Assembly (NCBI GenBank): GCA_048571215.1
Contig: CP182352.1
Location: 224,001-288,000 of the forward strand
DNA from: Halarcobacter sp.
Lineage (GTDB): Bacteria > Campylobacterota > Campylobacteria > Campylobacterales > Arcobacteraceae
Length of the DNA stretch: 64,000 nucleotides
Direction: 5' to 3'
The notes below the pieces were generated by a model. It did not search any database, had not been told where the DNA came from, and saw nothing but the letters and a program-made list of their open reading frames with translations. Both the position numbers and the translations under genes were made by a program. Below, in pieces: positions 38,450 to 49,139 of the stretch (its first letter is position 1; each line of letters starts with the position of its first letter).

Positions 38450-39517
38450 ATGAACCTAATCTCTTTTGATTATAAAAATAAAAAAGATAAAGCTCTTGTG
38501 GAGGAGTTTATCTTTTCCTCTAAAAGAAAAAAATTTATCCTTGGAATTAATAAGTTTACAAAATCAATCCAAAAATATATTGAGGTTGATGGAATAATAG
38601 ATGATTTTACTAGGGTTCAAAGCTCAAGAAAAAAAACAATCTATAAAATTGATGAGGTTCCAAAAGATGCCTTAATCTTATCTGTCTCAAGAGGAAGTCC
38701 TTTGGAAGTTAAACAAAAACTTGATAAAAGAGGTTTTGATAATATAAACTATTTATCCTTTTACAAGTACTCAAATTTTGATTTAAAAGAACCACCTTTT
38801 ATATGTGATTTTGAAGAAGATTTTAAAAACAATAAAGAGGAGTATAGAAAAGTTTATGGGCTTTTAGCTGATGAAAAATCAAAAGAGGTATTTACCAAAG
38901 TTATAAACTTTAAGATAAGTTTTGATTTGGAGTTTATGACAGGCTTTACAAACAATCACCAAGATCAATATTTTGATAAAGAGTTAATTTCAAGTATGGA
39001 TGATATAGTTTTTGTAGATGGTGGAGCATATGTTGGTGATACCCTTCCTCAAATAATAAAAAACTTTCCAAACTACAAAAAAATATATTGTGTAGAACCA
39101 AATGAACTACATATAAACATCGCAAAAAGAGATTTTGTAAATCAAAGAGATTTAGAGTTTATAAACTGTGGCTTGGGAAAAGAAAAAATCCAAAACAATG
39201 AATCACAAGATAAAAAACACCATGGAGAACACGATTATCAAGCACAAAATATAGATACGATAGATAATCTTATAAGTGAAAAGGTGGATTTTATAAAGTT
39301 AGATATAGAAGGTGCAGAACAAGATGCAATAGAAGGTGCAAAACAAACCATCAAAAAATACAAACCTATACTTGCTATTTGTATATACCATAAGGCTCAA
39401 GATTGGTATATGGTGCCTAAAAAAGTCTTAGAAATAGAATCTGAATATGCTATTTATCTAAGACATTATATGGAAGGTATATATGAAACAGTTATGTACT
39501 TCATCCCTAAAAATTAA
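38450..39517 (+). CDS. FkbM family methyltransferase
   Basis: FVDGGAYVGDT, VEPN, IKLDIEGAE, LAICIYH. Confidence 0.9.
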   Translation: MNLISFDYKNKKDKALVEEFIFSSKRKKFILGINKFTKSIQKYIEVDGIIDDFTRVQSSRKKTIYKIDEVPKDALILSVSRGSPLEVKQKLDKRGFDNINYLSFYKYSNFDLKEPPFICDFEEDFKNNKEEYRKVYGLLADEKSKEVFTKVINFKISFDLEFMTGFTNNHQDQYFDKELISSMDDIVFVDGGAYVGDTLPQIIKNFPNYKKIYCVEPNELHINIAKRDFVNQRDLEFINCGLGKEKIQNNESQDKKHHGEHDYQAQNIDTIDNLISEKVDFIKLDIEGAEQDAIEGAKQTIKKYKPILAICIYHKAQDWYMVPKKVLEIESEYAIYLRHYMEGIYETVMYFIPKN

Positions 39518-39629
39518 TCTTTTAGCAAATCCCTGCGTTGAAGAATAAAATTAATTCAATCACATACTTTAGTATGTTCAATCATTAATTTTATTCTTCG
39601 CCTTGAGCTTTACTAAAATATTAATTTTT
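39509..39629. repeat. About 120-bp nested palindromic element (MITE/REP-like) between convergent genes
   Basis: Outer AAAAATTAAT-C-TTTTAG/CTAAAA-T-ATTAATTTTT; 16-bp GAAGAATAAAATTAAT/ATTAATTTTATTCTTC; inner ACATACT/AGTATGT. Confidence 0.8.
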
Positions 39630-39648
39630 AATAAGTTTTGTGGTGATT

Positions 39649-40404
39649 TTATTTACAAAACTCTTCTATTTTTGAAGCAAAATAAACAGGACACTCTATC
39701 ATAGGATAGTGACCTGATTCTTGACACTCAACAATCTGTACATCTTTATATGCTGAAAAGATTTTTTGTATATTTGCTTTTGCAAAAACAGGAAAATCAT
39801 ATTTCCCAACTATTATCTTGATAGGAATATTTATACTCTCTTCTGCATCTTCTAAAAAGTCAGTATTTAGATACATCGACATATAACCAACTCTAGCTTC
39901 TAAAATAGATGAGGTATAGGCGATATCTATTCTATAATCCTTCCATGTTTGGTTATATCTTTTACTAGCACTATTTACTATCTCTTCAATTTTCCCACTA
40001 TTTTCATTCAATTGCGCTATCATAGTTTTTTTTGCTTCATCTTTCATTTTTATACCCTCCGCACTAATTGGAGTTACTAAAACAAGTTTTTTTATTCTAT
40101 TATCAATCAAAGCAATTTTTTGGGCTATCATTGTAGACATTGAGTGTGCTACTAGAAAAACTTCATTCAGATTTAAATTTGTTATTAGGTTTTTTAAATC
40201 TTGGGCTGCTTCATCACAAGTATAAGAACCTTTTATCTCTTTTGATGAACCATAACCTCTTAAATCAACAAAGATAAAAGTATAGTTTGTGGTATCAAGA
40301 TAGGGTATAGTTTTCTCATAGTTTCTACTATCTCCCATAAGCTCATGTAAAAAGAGAACTTTTTTTTCTCCTGAACCTATTATTTTATGTGCTAACTCAA
40401 CCAT
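39649..40404 (-). CDS. Alpha/beta fold hydrolase
   Basis: VLFLHE, DLRGYGSS, nucleophile elbow AHSMS, GKYD, SGHYP. Confidence 0.9.
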   Translation of the reverse strand: MVELAHKIIGSGEKKVLFLHELMGDSRNYEKTIPYLDTTNYTFIFVDLRGYGSSKEIKGSYTCDEAAQDLKNLITNLNLNEVFLVAHSMSTMIAQKIALIDNRIKKLVLVTPISAEGIKMKDEAKKTMIAQLNENSGKIEEIVNSASKRYNQTWKDYRIDIAYTSSILEARVGYMSMYLNTDFLEDAEESINIPIKIIVGKYDFPVFAKANIQKIFSAYKDVQIVECQESGHYPMIECPVYFASKIEEFCK

Positions 40405-40525
40405 GTAAACCTTTTTTTTTAATTTTATAAAGAAATTATGTTAAAATCTTAATTAGTAGTACATTAAGACATTTATAATACATAATGTTTTACTATAATA
40501 ACATAAAATCTTAAAAGGCAAAACC

Positions 40526-42649
40526 ATGAATCTATCTAGTATAAAATCAAAACTTTTAATACTTTTACTTATTAGCATCTCTTGTTCTTTTTTGATACTT
40601 GGGTACTATAATGCCTCAAATGCATACGAATCAGAATATAACTTAGTAAAACATGAGCAATTTGTTTTGTCTAAAGATACCTCTAAATTTATTAATGGAT
40701 ATTTAGAATCAAAAATTAAAGTAGTTTCTTCAGTCGCAAGTATGATAAAGAATGAAAACTTGAATATTGAAAATAAAGTTTTGGTAGACCAATTAATGCT
40801 AGGAAAACAAGCAGGTGATTTTGCCAGTATGTATTTAGGTTTAGAAGATAGTGGTGATTTAATTAAGTTTAATGGAGTTTTAAAAAGTATAGCTACTATG
40901 AATTATGATGCTAGAGTTAGACCTTGGTATAAAAAAGCTTTAAAGATAAAAACTACAGGAGTTACGGAACCTTTCGTTGATAATACCACAAAGCGATTAG
41001 TTATTACTGTTTTTGCACCCTATGAAAAAGATGGCAAATTGATAGGTGTTGTTGGTGCAAATATATTTTTAGATACTGTAGTAAATGAGATATTAAATTT
41101 AAAATTGGGTGATGGAGGATTTGCATATCTTTTATCAAATGATGGAAAAATATTAATTCATAAAAATAACAAACTTTTGAAAAAAGAGAGTCTTTTATTT
41201 AAAAATGTTAGAACAAAAGAGAATGATAGATTTTCAGAAGCTAGTGAAAATGGAAACAAAAAACTTATTGCTTATAGTAAAATTCCTATCTCTTCTTGGT
41301 ATTTAGTAGTCGAATTAGAAAAAGATACTATATTTAAAGAGATAAAAAAAAGCATTTTAAAGCAAGTCTTTCTTTATATAGGTTTATTAATCATAATTTT
41401 AGCTTTAATATATTTCTTTTTAAGAAAATTATTAAGTCCTTTAACTACTCTTGAAAATGGATTAAATAGTTTTTTTGAATATTTAAAAGGAGAGAAACAT
41501 AATGTTTCAGCATTAAATATTCAAACAAATGATGAGTTTGGAAATATGGCTAAAAAAATAGATTCTCAAATAGAGTTTATAAAAGATGGCATGGAGAAAG
41601 ATAAATTATTGATTCATAATGTTAAAGAGGTAGTTACCAAAATTAAAGATGGAAATTTAGATGTTCAAGTAAAAAAAGAATCTACAAATCAATCACTAAA
41701 TGAATTAAAAGATATATTAAATGATATGATTTTAACAATAAGTCAAAATGTAAATAGTGATATAAATACAATATTACATGCCCTTGAAGATTATTCAAAA
41801 TTAGATTTTGTAAACGAAGTAAAGAATCCTACAGGGAAAATATCAAAAGGTTTAAATGGCTTATGTAATATTATCAATGAGATGTTGCAAGAGAACTACA
41901 AATTGGGAATGACCTTAGAAAATAATGCAAAACTATTACTTGAAAATGTTGATACTTTAAATCGTTCTTCAACTGAAACAGCAGCATCTTTAGAAGAAAC
42001 ATCTGCTTCAATAGAAGAGATTACATCAACAATAATAGAAACCACACAAAATATTTCAAAAATGGCAGTTTATTCGAACAATTTGATCAAATCAATTGAA
42101 AAAGGTCAAAATTTGGCAAAACTTACAGTTGAGTCAATGAATGAAATCAATGAACAAACAACTGCCATAGCAGAGGCTATTACTGTAATTGATCAAATTG
42201 CTTTCCAAACAAATATTCTTTCACTAAATGCTGCAGTAGAAGCAGCAACAGCAGGAGAAGCAGGAAAAGGATTCGCTGTAGTTGCTCAAGAGGTTAGAAA
42301 CCTAGCTTCAAGAAGTGCAGAAGCAGCAAAAGAGATAAAAGATTTGGTTGAAAATGCAACAATAAAAGCAAATACTGGAAAGAAAAATGCCGATGAGATG
42401 ATTCATGGATATGTTGAATTAAATGAAAATATAAATAATACAAATGAAATAATCAAGCATGTTGAAAGTGCTTCAAATGAGCAAAAACAAGGTATTGAGC
42501 AAATAAATGATGCTGTAGCAAAACTTGATCAAAGAACACAAGAAAATGCAAGCGTTGCTAATCATACACAACAAATCTCTACAGATACTTCTAATATTGC
42601 TAAAAATATTATTGAAAATGTAAGTACTAAAAAGTTCAGAAAAGAGTAA
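40526..42649 (+). CDS. Methyl-accepting chemotaxis protein with dCache_1-like sensor
   Basis: [27 protein letters not shown] tip motif. Confidence 0.95.
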   Translation: MNLSSIKSKLLILLLISISCSFLILGYYNASNAYESEYNLVKHEQFVLSKDTSKFINGYLESKIKVVSSVASMIKNENLNIENKVLVDQLMLGKQAGDFASMYLGLEDSGDLIKFNGVLKSIATMNYDARVRPWYKKALKIKTTGVTEPFVDNTTKRLVITVFAPYEKDGKLIGVVGANIFLDTVVNEILNLKLGDGGFAYLLSNDGKILIHKNNKLLKKESLLFKNVRTKENDRFSEASENGNKKLIAYSKIPISSWYLVVELEKDTIFKEIKKSILKQVFLYIGLLIIILALIYFFLRKLLSPLTTLENGLNSFFEYLKGEKHNVSALNIQTNDEFGNMAKKIDSQIEFIKDGMEKDKLLIHNVKEVVTKIKDGNLDVQVKKESTNQSLNELKDILNDMILTISQNVNSDINTILHALEDYSKLDFVNEVKNPTGKISKGLNGLCNIINEMLQENYKLGMTLENNAKLLLENVDTLNRSSTETAASLEETSASIEEITSTIIETTQNISKMAVYSNNLIKSIEKGQNLAKLTVESMNEINEQTTAIAEAITVIDQIAFQTNILSLNAAVEAATAGEAGKGFAVVAQEVRNLASRSAEAAKEIKDLVENATIKANTGKKNADEMIHGYVELNENINNTNEIIKHVESASNEQKQGIEQINDAVAKLDQRTQENASVANHTQQISTDTSNIAKNIIENVSTKKFRKE

Positions 42650-42668
42650 AAGGGTTCTACCCCTTTTA
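42647..42668. terminator. Intrinsic terminator after the chemoreceptor
   Basis: TAAAAGGG-TTCTAC-CCCTTTTA stem. Confidence 0.65.
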
Positions 42669-42705
42669 TAAAAAAAGTGTTTTTACAAAATCTATATTAT
42701 ACTTG

Positions 42706-42870
42706 TTATAATATTTTATAATATAAAACTATTATCCATAGAAAAAAGATAACTATTTCAATAGTTATAAACTCCATTTTCTTTATTTTATGTCCAAGGA
42801 AAAACATAGAAAAATACTACCAATATATCCACCTAAAAAAGAGATTACCATTTAGTTCTTTTTATGATTA
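42706..42870 (-). pseudogene. DUF1294 (YsdA-like) membrane protein remnant
   Basis: Reconstructed S*KEL/MVISFLGGYIGSIF/SMFFLGHKIKKMEFITIEIVIFFLWIIVLYYKIL*, with one nonsense codon and two frameshifts; matches the family GG...HK pattern by eye. Confidence 0.65.
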
Positions 42871-42954
42871 TAAAAAATATGACAAATTGCAATATTTTTA
42901 AATAAAAATATATTTTATAGTTATAATTTTAAAAATTTATATTTAGGAATCAAT

Positions 42955-43470
42955 ATGAAAAATTTAGAAAATATCATAGTAGATGATAAAATATTTGTTA
43001 TAAGAGGTATTCAAGTTATGATTGATAAAGATTTGGCAGAGCTTTATCAAGTTGAGACAAGAGTTCTAAATCAAGCAGTTAAAAGAAATATTGATAGTTT
43101 TCCTATTGATTTTATGTTTGAGTTAAATAATGATGAAAAAAATGAGCTTATCACAAAATGTGATAAGCTTAAATCATTGAAGTTTAATCCTTCTAAAATA
43201 AAAGTATTTACAGAACAAGGTGTTTATATGTTAGCAACGGTATTAAAAAGTAAAATTGCAAGGGAAGTAAATATATCTATAATGAGAACTTTTACAAAAC
43301 TAAAAAATCAGTCTGTTCCATATTTTGATATTATAAAAAGAATAGAAAAATTAGAGGTAAGTGATAATCAAACAAAAGAGTTATTAAATAAAATTGTTCA
43401 AGTTATTAATAGTATGCAAGAGATACAAGATAAGGCTAAGGAGGATACTAAAAAGATTGGATTTGTTTGA
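42955..43470 (+). CDS. ORF6N domain DNA-binding protein
   Basis: IRGIQVMIDKDLAELYQVETRVLNQAVKRN..FPIDFMFEL..FTEQGVYMLATVLKS, C-terminal coiled coil and KIGF. Confidence 0.92.
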   Translation: MKNLENIIVDDKIFVIRGIQVMIDKDLAELYQVETRVLNQAVKRNIDSFPIDFMFELNNDEKNELITKCDKLKSLKFNPSKIKVFTEQGVYMLATVLKSKIAREVNISIMRTFTKLKNQSVPYFDIIKRIEKLEVSDNQTKELLNKIVQVINSMQEIQDKAKEDTKKIGFV

Positions 43471-43924
43471 TTTTTGGATGGTGTTTTTATAAAAACTATT
43501 TTCAAAATATTTGATTTTAAATATACTTTTACAGTTTAGCCACTTATTTTCTAAAATGCGGAAGAGGGAATAATGACCTTTGCATTTTTTGGTACCATTT
43601 TGTTTTTATTGGTGTAATACTCAAATAGTATGAGAAAGTTCAAAGCTAGGTATTTTAGTCCAGACTTTGTTGAAGCCGGAAAGTTTTAAATGATTTTCGG
43701 ATGTCAATCCTGCTTGCAGGCAAAAGACCGAGGACATTGTATACTATAAATAATGGAAATATAGTTAATATATTTTTATAGAGTTAGTTAAAATGATGTA
43801 TCGGCGAGGTGTTTTATAAACTTCTTAATGTAACCCTTTAGAAACCCAAATAAATTATAATATCACTTCGCATAAGATGCGAACAAAATTAATGTTTTCT
43901 GTCCCTAGAACTAAATTCAATCTT

Positions 43925-43955
43925 AGAGACTTATAGTCAAATATAAGTCTCTTTT
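43925..43955 (+). terminator. Terminator-like hairpin just upstream of the rpsL promoter
   Basis: AGAGACTTATA/TATAAGTCTCT 11-bp stem followed by TTT. Confidence 0.6.
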
Positions 43956-43975
43956 AAGTTATAATTAAGTATAAT
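43952..43975 (+). promoter_or_regulatory. Probable sigma70 promoter of rpsL-rpsG-fusA
   Basis: TTTTAAG upstream element and TATAAT at 43970-43975 (a second TATAAT at 43960-43965). Confidence 0.55.
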
Positions 43976-44173
43976 CCAAAACTTTTTTAGAAAACAACGC
44001 AACGTTTCTCTAGAATGGTAGTATCGTTTTGATTATGAAACCTTTCATATGTCATGGCGTCATTGGGACGTAACGAGAAGCCTGAGCAGCTTTAAAGCTC
44101 AAACCAAAAATAGAGAATTTTAATACTATCATAAGAATATTAGAGTCTCTATCAATATAAATAAAGGGAAAGA

Positions 44174-44548
44174 ATGCCAACTATCAATCAACTTGTTAGA
44201 AAAGAGCGAAAAAAGGTGATTAAAAAATCTAAATCACCAGCATTAGAAAAATGTCCACAAAGAAGAGGTGTATGTACAAGAGTATATACAACAACTCCTA
44301 AAAAACCAAACTCGGCTTTAAGAAAAGTTGCAAAAGTTAGGTTAACTACAGGTTTTGAGGTTATCTCATATATCGGTGGTGAGGGTCACAACTTACAAGA
44401 ACACTCTATTGTATTAGTTAGAGGGGGAAGAGTTAAGGATTTACCTGGGGTTAAGTATCACATCGTTAGAGGTGCATTAGATACTGCTGGTGTTGCAAAT
44501 AGAACTGTTGCAAGATCTAAATATGGTGCTAAAAGACCTAAGAAATAA
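44174..44548 (+). CDS. rpsL: 30S ribosomal protein S12
   Basis: [20 protein letters not shown]. Confidence 0.99.
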   Translation: MPTINQLVRKERKKVIKKSKSPALEKCPQRRGVCTRVYTTTPKKPNSALRKVAKVRLTTGFEVISYIGGEGHNLQEHSIVLVRGGRVKDLPGVKYHIVRGALDTAGVANRTVARSKYGAKRPKK

Positions 44549-44552
44549 GTAG

Positions 44553-45032
<480 letters not shown>

Positions 45033-45041
45033 GAATTATTT

Positions 45042-47150
45042 ATGGCTAGAAAAACACCACTTAATAGAGTTAGAAATATTGGTATTGCTGCACATATTGA
45101 TGCAGGAAAAACAACAACAACAGAAAGAATTCTGTTTTATACAGGTGTTTCACATAAAATTGGTGAGGTACATGATGGTGCTGCAACAATGGACTGGATG
45201 GAACAAGAGCAAGAAAGAGGTATTACAATTACAAGTGCCGCTACTACTTGTCACTGGAAACACCCAAAAACAAATGAAGATTTACAAATAAACATTATTG
45301 ACACTCCAGGTCACGTTGACTTTACTATCGAAGTTGAGAGATCTATGAGGGTTCTTGATGGTGCTGTAGCAGTATTCTGTTCAGTTGGTGGGGTTCAACC
45401 ACAATCTGAAACTGTTTGGAGACAAGCAAATAAATATAAAGTACCAAGAATGATATTCGTTAATAAAATGGATAGAACTGGTGCAGATTTTTATATGGTT
45501 GAAAACCAAGTTGCAGAAAGATTAAAAGCAAATCCGGTTCCTATTCAATTACCAATTGGTGCTGAAGAAGATTTCCAAGGTGTTGTTGATTTAGTACAAA
45601 TGAAAGCTATTGTTTGGGATGATGATGCTGCTATGGGTTCTCACTACCATGTAGAAGAGATTCCTGCTGATATGCAAGAAAAAGCAGAAGAGTATAGAGA
45701 AAAAATGATTGAAGCAGCTGCTGAATCATCTGAAGAGTTAATGGAAAAATATTTTGAAGAGGGTGAATTATCAGAAGAAGAGATTGTTTCTGGTTTAAAA
45801 GCTGCTTGTTTAAATATGACTATTACTCCAATGACTTGTGGTACTGCATTTAAAAACAAAGGTGTTCAAACTTTACTTGACGCTGTTGCTATGTATTTAC
45901 CAGCTCCAACTGAGGTTGCTGATATTAGAGGTGAAACTCAAGATGGTGAAGCTGTTATTGTTCCTTCATCTGATGAGGGTGAAGTTGCAGCATTAGCATT
46001 TAAAATTATGACTGACCCATTTGTTGGACAATTAACATTCGCAAGAGTTTATAGAGGTGTTTTAGAATCTGGAACATATGTTATGAACTCAACTAAAATG
46101 AAAAAAGAAAGAATCGGAAGACTTCTTAAAATGCACTCAAACAATAGAGAAGAGTGTAAAGAGTTATATGCTGGTGAAATCGGTGCAGTTGTTGGTCTTA
46201 AATCAACAATTACAGGTGATACATTAGCATCTGAAAAAGATCCAGTTATCTTAGAAAGAATGGAATTCCCAGAGCCAGTTATCTCTGTTGCAGTTGAGCC
46301 AAAAACAAAAGCTGACCAAGAGAAAATGGGTATTGCCTTAGGTAAACTTGCTGAAGAAGATCCATCATTTAGAGTAAATACAGATGAAGAATCTGGACAA
46401 ACTATTATTTCAGGAATGGGTGAGTTACACCTTGAAATTCTTGTAGATAGAATGAAAAGAGAATTTAAAGTTGAAGCTGAAGTTGGTGCTCCTCAAGTTG
46501 CTTATAGAGAAACTATTAAAAATGAGATTAAACAAGAGTACAAATATGCTAAACAATCTGGTGGTAAAGGTCAATATGGTCATGTATACTTAACTATTAC
46601 TCCATTACCAGCTGATAGTGAAGATAACTTTGTATTTACAAGTTCAATCAAAGGTGGAGCTGTTCCAAAAGAATATGTTCCTGCAGTTCAAAAAGGTTGT
46701 GAAGAAGCTATGGCTGGTGGTATTTTAGCTGGTTATCCAATGGTTAATATCGCAGTTGATTTATATGATGGTTCTTACCATGATGTTGACTCATCTGAAA
46801 TGGCATTTAAACTTGCTGCTTCTATGGGATTTAAACAAGGTTGTAGATCTGCAGCTGCAGAACCTGTAATTCTTGAACCAATTATGAAAGTTGAAATTGA
46901 AACTCCTGAAGATTATATGGGAGATGTTATTGGGGATTGTAATAAAAGAAGAGGACAAGTTCAATCTATGGATGATAGAGCTGGTGTAAAACTTGTTGTT
47001 GCAATGATTCCATTATCAGAAATGTTTGGATACTCTACAGACTTAAGATCTATGTCTCAAGGTAGAGCAACATATTCTATGATTTTTGACAACTATTCAG
47101 AAGTTCCTAAAAATGTATCTGAAGAGATTATCAAAAAAAGAAATGGTTAG
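45042..47150 (+). CDS. fusA: Elongation factor G
   Basis: [29 protein letters not shown]. Confidence 0.99.
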   Translation: MARKTPLNRVRNIGIAAHIDAGKTTTTERILFYTGVSHKIGEVHDGAATMDWMEQEQERGITITSAATTCHWKHPKTNEDLQINIIDTPGHVDFTIEVERSMRVLDGAVAVFCSVGGVQPQSETVWRQANKYKVPRMIFVNKMDRTGADFYMVENQVAERLKANPVPIQLPIGAEEDFQGVVDLVQMKAIVWDDDAAMGSHYHVEEIPADMQEKAEEYREKMIEAAAESSEELMEKYFEEGELSEEEIVSGLKAACLNMTITPMTCGTAFKNKGVQTLLDAVAMYLPAPTEVADIRGETQDGEAVIVPSSDEGEVAALAFKIMTDPFVGQLTFARVYRGVLESGTYVMNSTKMKKERIGRLLKMHSNNREECKELYAGEIGAVVGLKSTITGDTLASEKDPVILERMEFPEPVISVAVEPKTKADQEKMGIALGKLAEEDPSFRVNTDEESGQTIISGMGELHLEILVDRMKREFKVEAEVGAPQVAYRETIKNEIKQEYKYAKQSGGKGQYGHVYLTITPLPADSEDNFVFTSSIKGGAVPKEYVPAVQKGCEEAMAGGILAGYPMVNIAVDLYDGSYHDVDSSEMAFKLAASMGFKQGCRSAAAEPVILEPIMKVEIETPEDYMGDVIGDCNKRRGQVQSMDDRAGVKLVVAMIPLSEMFGYSTDLRSMSQGRATYSMIFDNYSEVPKNVSEEIIKKRNG

Positions 47151-47188
47151 TATTTAAATTCACTTAGAACTTAAATCTACTATTTATT

Positions 47189-47219
47189 AAAAAGCCTACT
47201 CATTTGAGTGGGCTTTTTT
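47189..47219 (+). terminator. Intrinsic terminator after fusA
   Basis: AAAAAGCCTACTCA-TT-TGAGTGGGCTTTTTT. Confidence 0.88.
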
Positions 47220-47283
47220 ACTTTAAATCCCTTTTTAAATTATTATTAGATAAAATCTACCTTTATAGTACTGGAAGGGTTTT

Positions 47284-49131
47284 ATGAAACATTTTAAATT
47301 TATTCTTTTTTGCCTATCACTAATTGTCACTTTAAATGCTCAAATGTTAAAAGATATAGTGTATGTTGAAGATAAAGACTCTTCTAAAACTTTAATAAAA
47401 GATGAATTTCTGAATGAAAACACAAAAAAATATACCCTAGTTCTTGGAAAGCTTGAAAAAAGACATGACCCTATAGAGTTCTTTAGAAGATTTAAATTAA
47501 CAAATGCCTTAGCATATAAGTATGGGGAAAATAAAGAGTTTATGAGAGTGATATCGGGAGTTTATGACAATCATATAGAAGCAAAAAAGGCTTTAAAAAA
47601 ACTACCAGAAGAACTTTTGAAGTTTGAACCTTATTATTCAAGGATAAGTTGGCATCAAAAAGCTTATAATAAAAATAATATGGATAAAAAAGATAAGATA
47701 GTTGTAAACAGTGATAAAAACTCAGTTATTAACTTTGATACCCCAGAGGCAAATAATTTAAAAAATAAGTTAACAAATAAAAATCCAAAGGGTTATTCTT
47801 TGGTTTTAGCAAGTTTTACTTATAAAAATAAAGAAAGAATTATTGCTTTTTTTAAAAATAATGGTATTGAAGATAAAGCATTGGCTCACCTATATGGAAA
47901 AAACAAAGATAAAGTTAAGATTGTTTTTGGAGTTTATAACTCATATAGTGAAGCTAAAGAAGATATCAAAAAGTTAAATGATAATTTGAAATTAAACTCA
48001 CCATATGTGCAAAAACTTTCAACAATAAGAAGTTTTTATAAAAAGTACAATAATGATGCTAAAACTAATGTTGTTAAACTTAATGTTGATAAAAAAGTAA
48101 ATAATGAAGAAAATAGTGTAAAAAAACCTAAAGATAACAAATATATAAAAGTTGTAAAAAAAATAGAACCTCCTGTTACAAAAAGGGTATTAGTTAAAAA
48201 AGAAAAAAAAGAGCCAATCCAAAAAACTAAAAAAAATACTCCTACAAAAGTAAAAAAACAAATAGTAAAAAAACAAGTTGAAATTAAACAAAAAGGACTA
48301 ATCTCTAATGTTTTAAAAAAATCAAAAATTGCTGATGTTTTTTATGTGGAGAGTGATGGAGATTTTAATATTTTAAATGAAGTATTTCTAAATGATGAAA
48401 GTTCTTTTTATACACTTGATTTGGGAGAAATAAATATTGAACAAATACCTTTAGATAAATTTTTTATTCAGTACAATCTAAAAAACAATGCCTTGGTTTA
48501 TAAATATGGAGAAAATAAAGAGTTAGCAAGGGTTATTTATGGAGCGTATGAAACAAAAAGAAATGCAAAAGAGATTTTAGAAAAATTAACTAGTCTAGGG
48601 TTTGATACAAATACAAAAGTTAGTAATATACAAGAGCATCAAAAACTTTATAAAAAATACCATGAAGAGATTTTAAATGGAAAAAATATAGAAAAAAAAC
48701 AAGATAATAAGATAGTTGTAAAAAGTGGAAATATAATAGATACAGAAGATAGTGATTTTATTTATGTGAATAGTTCAAATAAACTAAAAGATGCTTTTTT
48801 TAACAAAGATTCAAGTATATATACAATAACTTTGATCACTTTTAACAAAGATGATATAGATTTAAAAGATTTTTTAGAAAAAAATAGTTTAAATTCAGAT
48901 GTTGTAGTATACTCTATTGGTTCACAAAACAATTATTATAGAGTATTTTATGGTGCATATAACTCTTCAAAAGAGTGTTTAAAGGTTATAGATAATTTAG
49001 ATGAAGATTTGAAAAAAAATCAACCCTATGTATCAAAAGTTAGTACAAATATTAGAAGATTTGAAAGTTATAATAATAGAAAAATCATTGATGCAATAAA
49101 CAATGCACAGATGGTAAATATAAGTAAATAG
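47284..49131 (+). CDS. Secreted protein with four SPOR-like repeats and a Lys-rich linker
   Basis: Signal peptide; four copies of Y[TS]LxL...YG...RV(I/F)YG(A/V)Y...EA...L; low-complexity Lys-rich centre. Confidence 0.6.
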   Translation: MKHFKFILFCLSLIVTLNAQMLKDIVYVEDKDSSKTLIKDEFLNENTKKYTLVLGKLEKRHDPIEFFRRFKLTNALAYKYGENKEFMRVISGVYDNHIEAKKALKKLPEELLKFEPYYSRISWHQKAYNKNNMDKKDKIVVNSDKNSVINFDTPEANNLKNKLTNKNPKGYSLVLASFTYKNKERIIAFFKNNGIEDKALAHLYGKNKDKVKIVFGVYNSYSEAKEDIKKLNDNLKLNSPYVQKLSTIRSFYKKYNNDAKTNVVKLNVDKKVNNEENSVKKPKDNKYIKVVKKIEPPVTKRVLVKKEKKEPIQKTKKNTPTKVKKQIVKKQVEIKQKGLISNVLKKSKIADVFYVESDGDFNILNEVFLNDESSFYTLDLGEINIEQIPLDKFFIQYNLKNNALVYKYGENKELARVIYGAYETKRNAKEILEKLTSLGFDTNTKVSNIQEHQKLYKKYHEEILNGKNIEKKQDNKIVVKSGNIIDTEDSDFIYVNSSNKLKDAFFNKDSSIYTITLITFNKDDIDLKDFLEKNSLNSDVVVYSIGSQNNYYRVFYGAYNSSKECLKVIDNLDEDLKKNQPYVSKVSTNIRRFESYNNRKIIDAINNAQMVNISK

Positions 49132-49139
49132 GAAGATAG

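Noticed and set aside
42955..43470. Prophage around ORF6N
   Set aside because: No integrase, structural, replication or lysis genes nearby
43573..43749. Three tiny same-frame ORFs (MTFAFFGTILFLLV, MRKFKARYFSPDFVEAGKF, MIFGCQSCLQAKDRGHCIL) as toxin or leader peptides
   Set aside because: Only 14-19 aa, only the first has an SD-like sequence, and no family is recognisable; consistent with chance inside a structured element
44050..44100. TGGGACG..AAGCC as a c-di-GMP-I riboswitch
   Set aside because: Lacks the GGCAAA, GNRA tetraloop and receptor architecture
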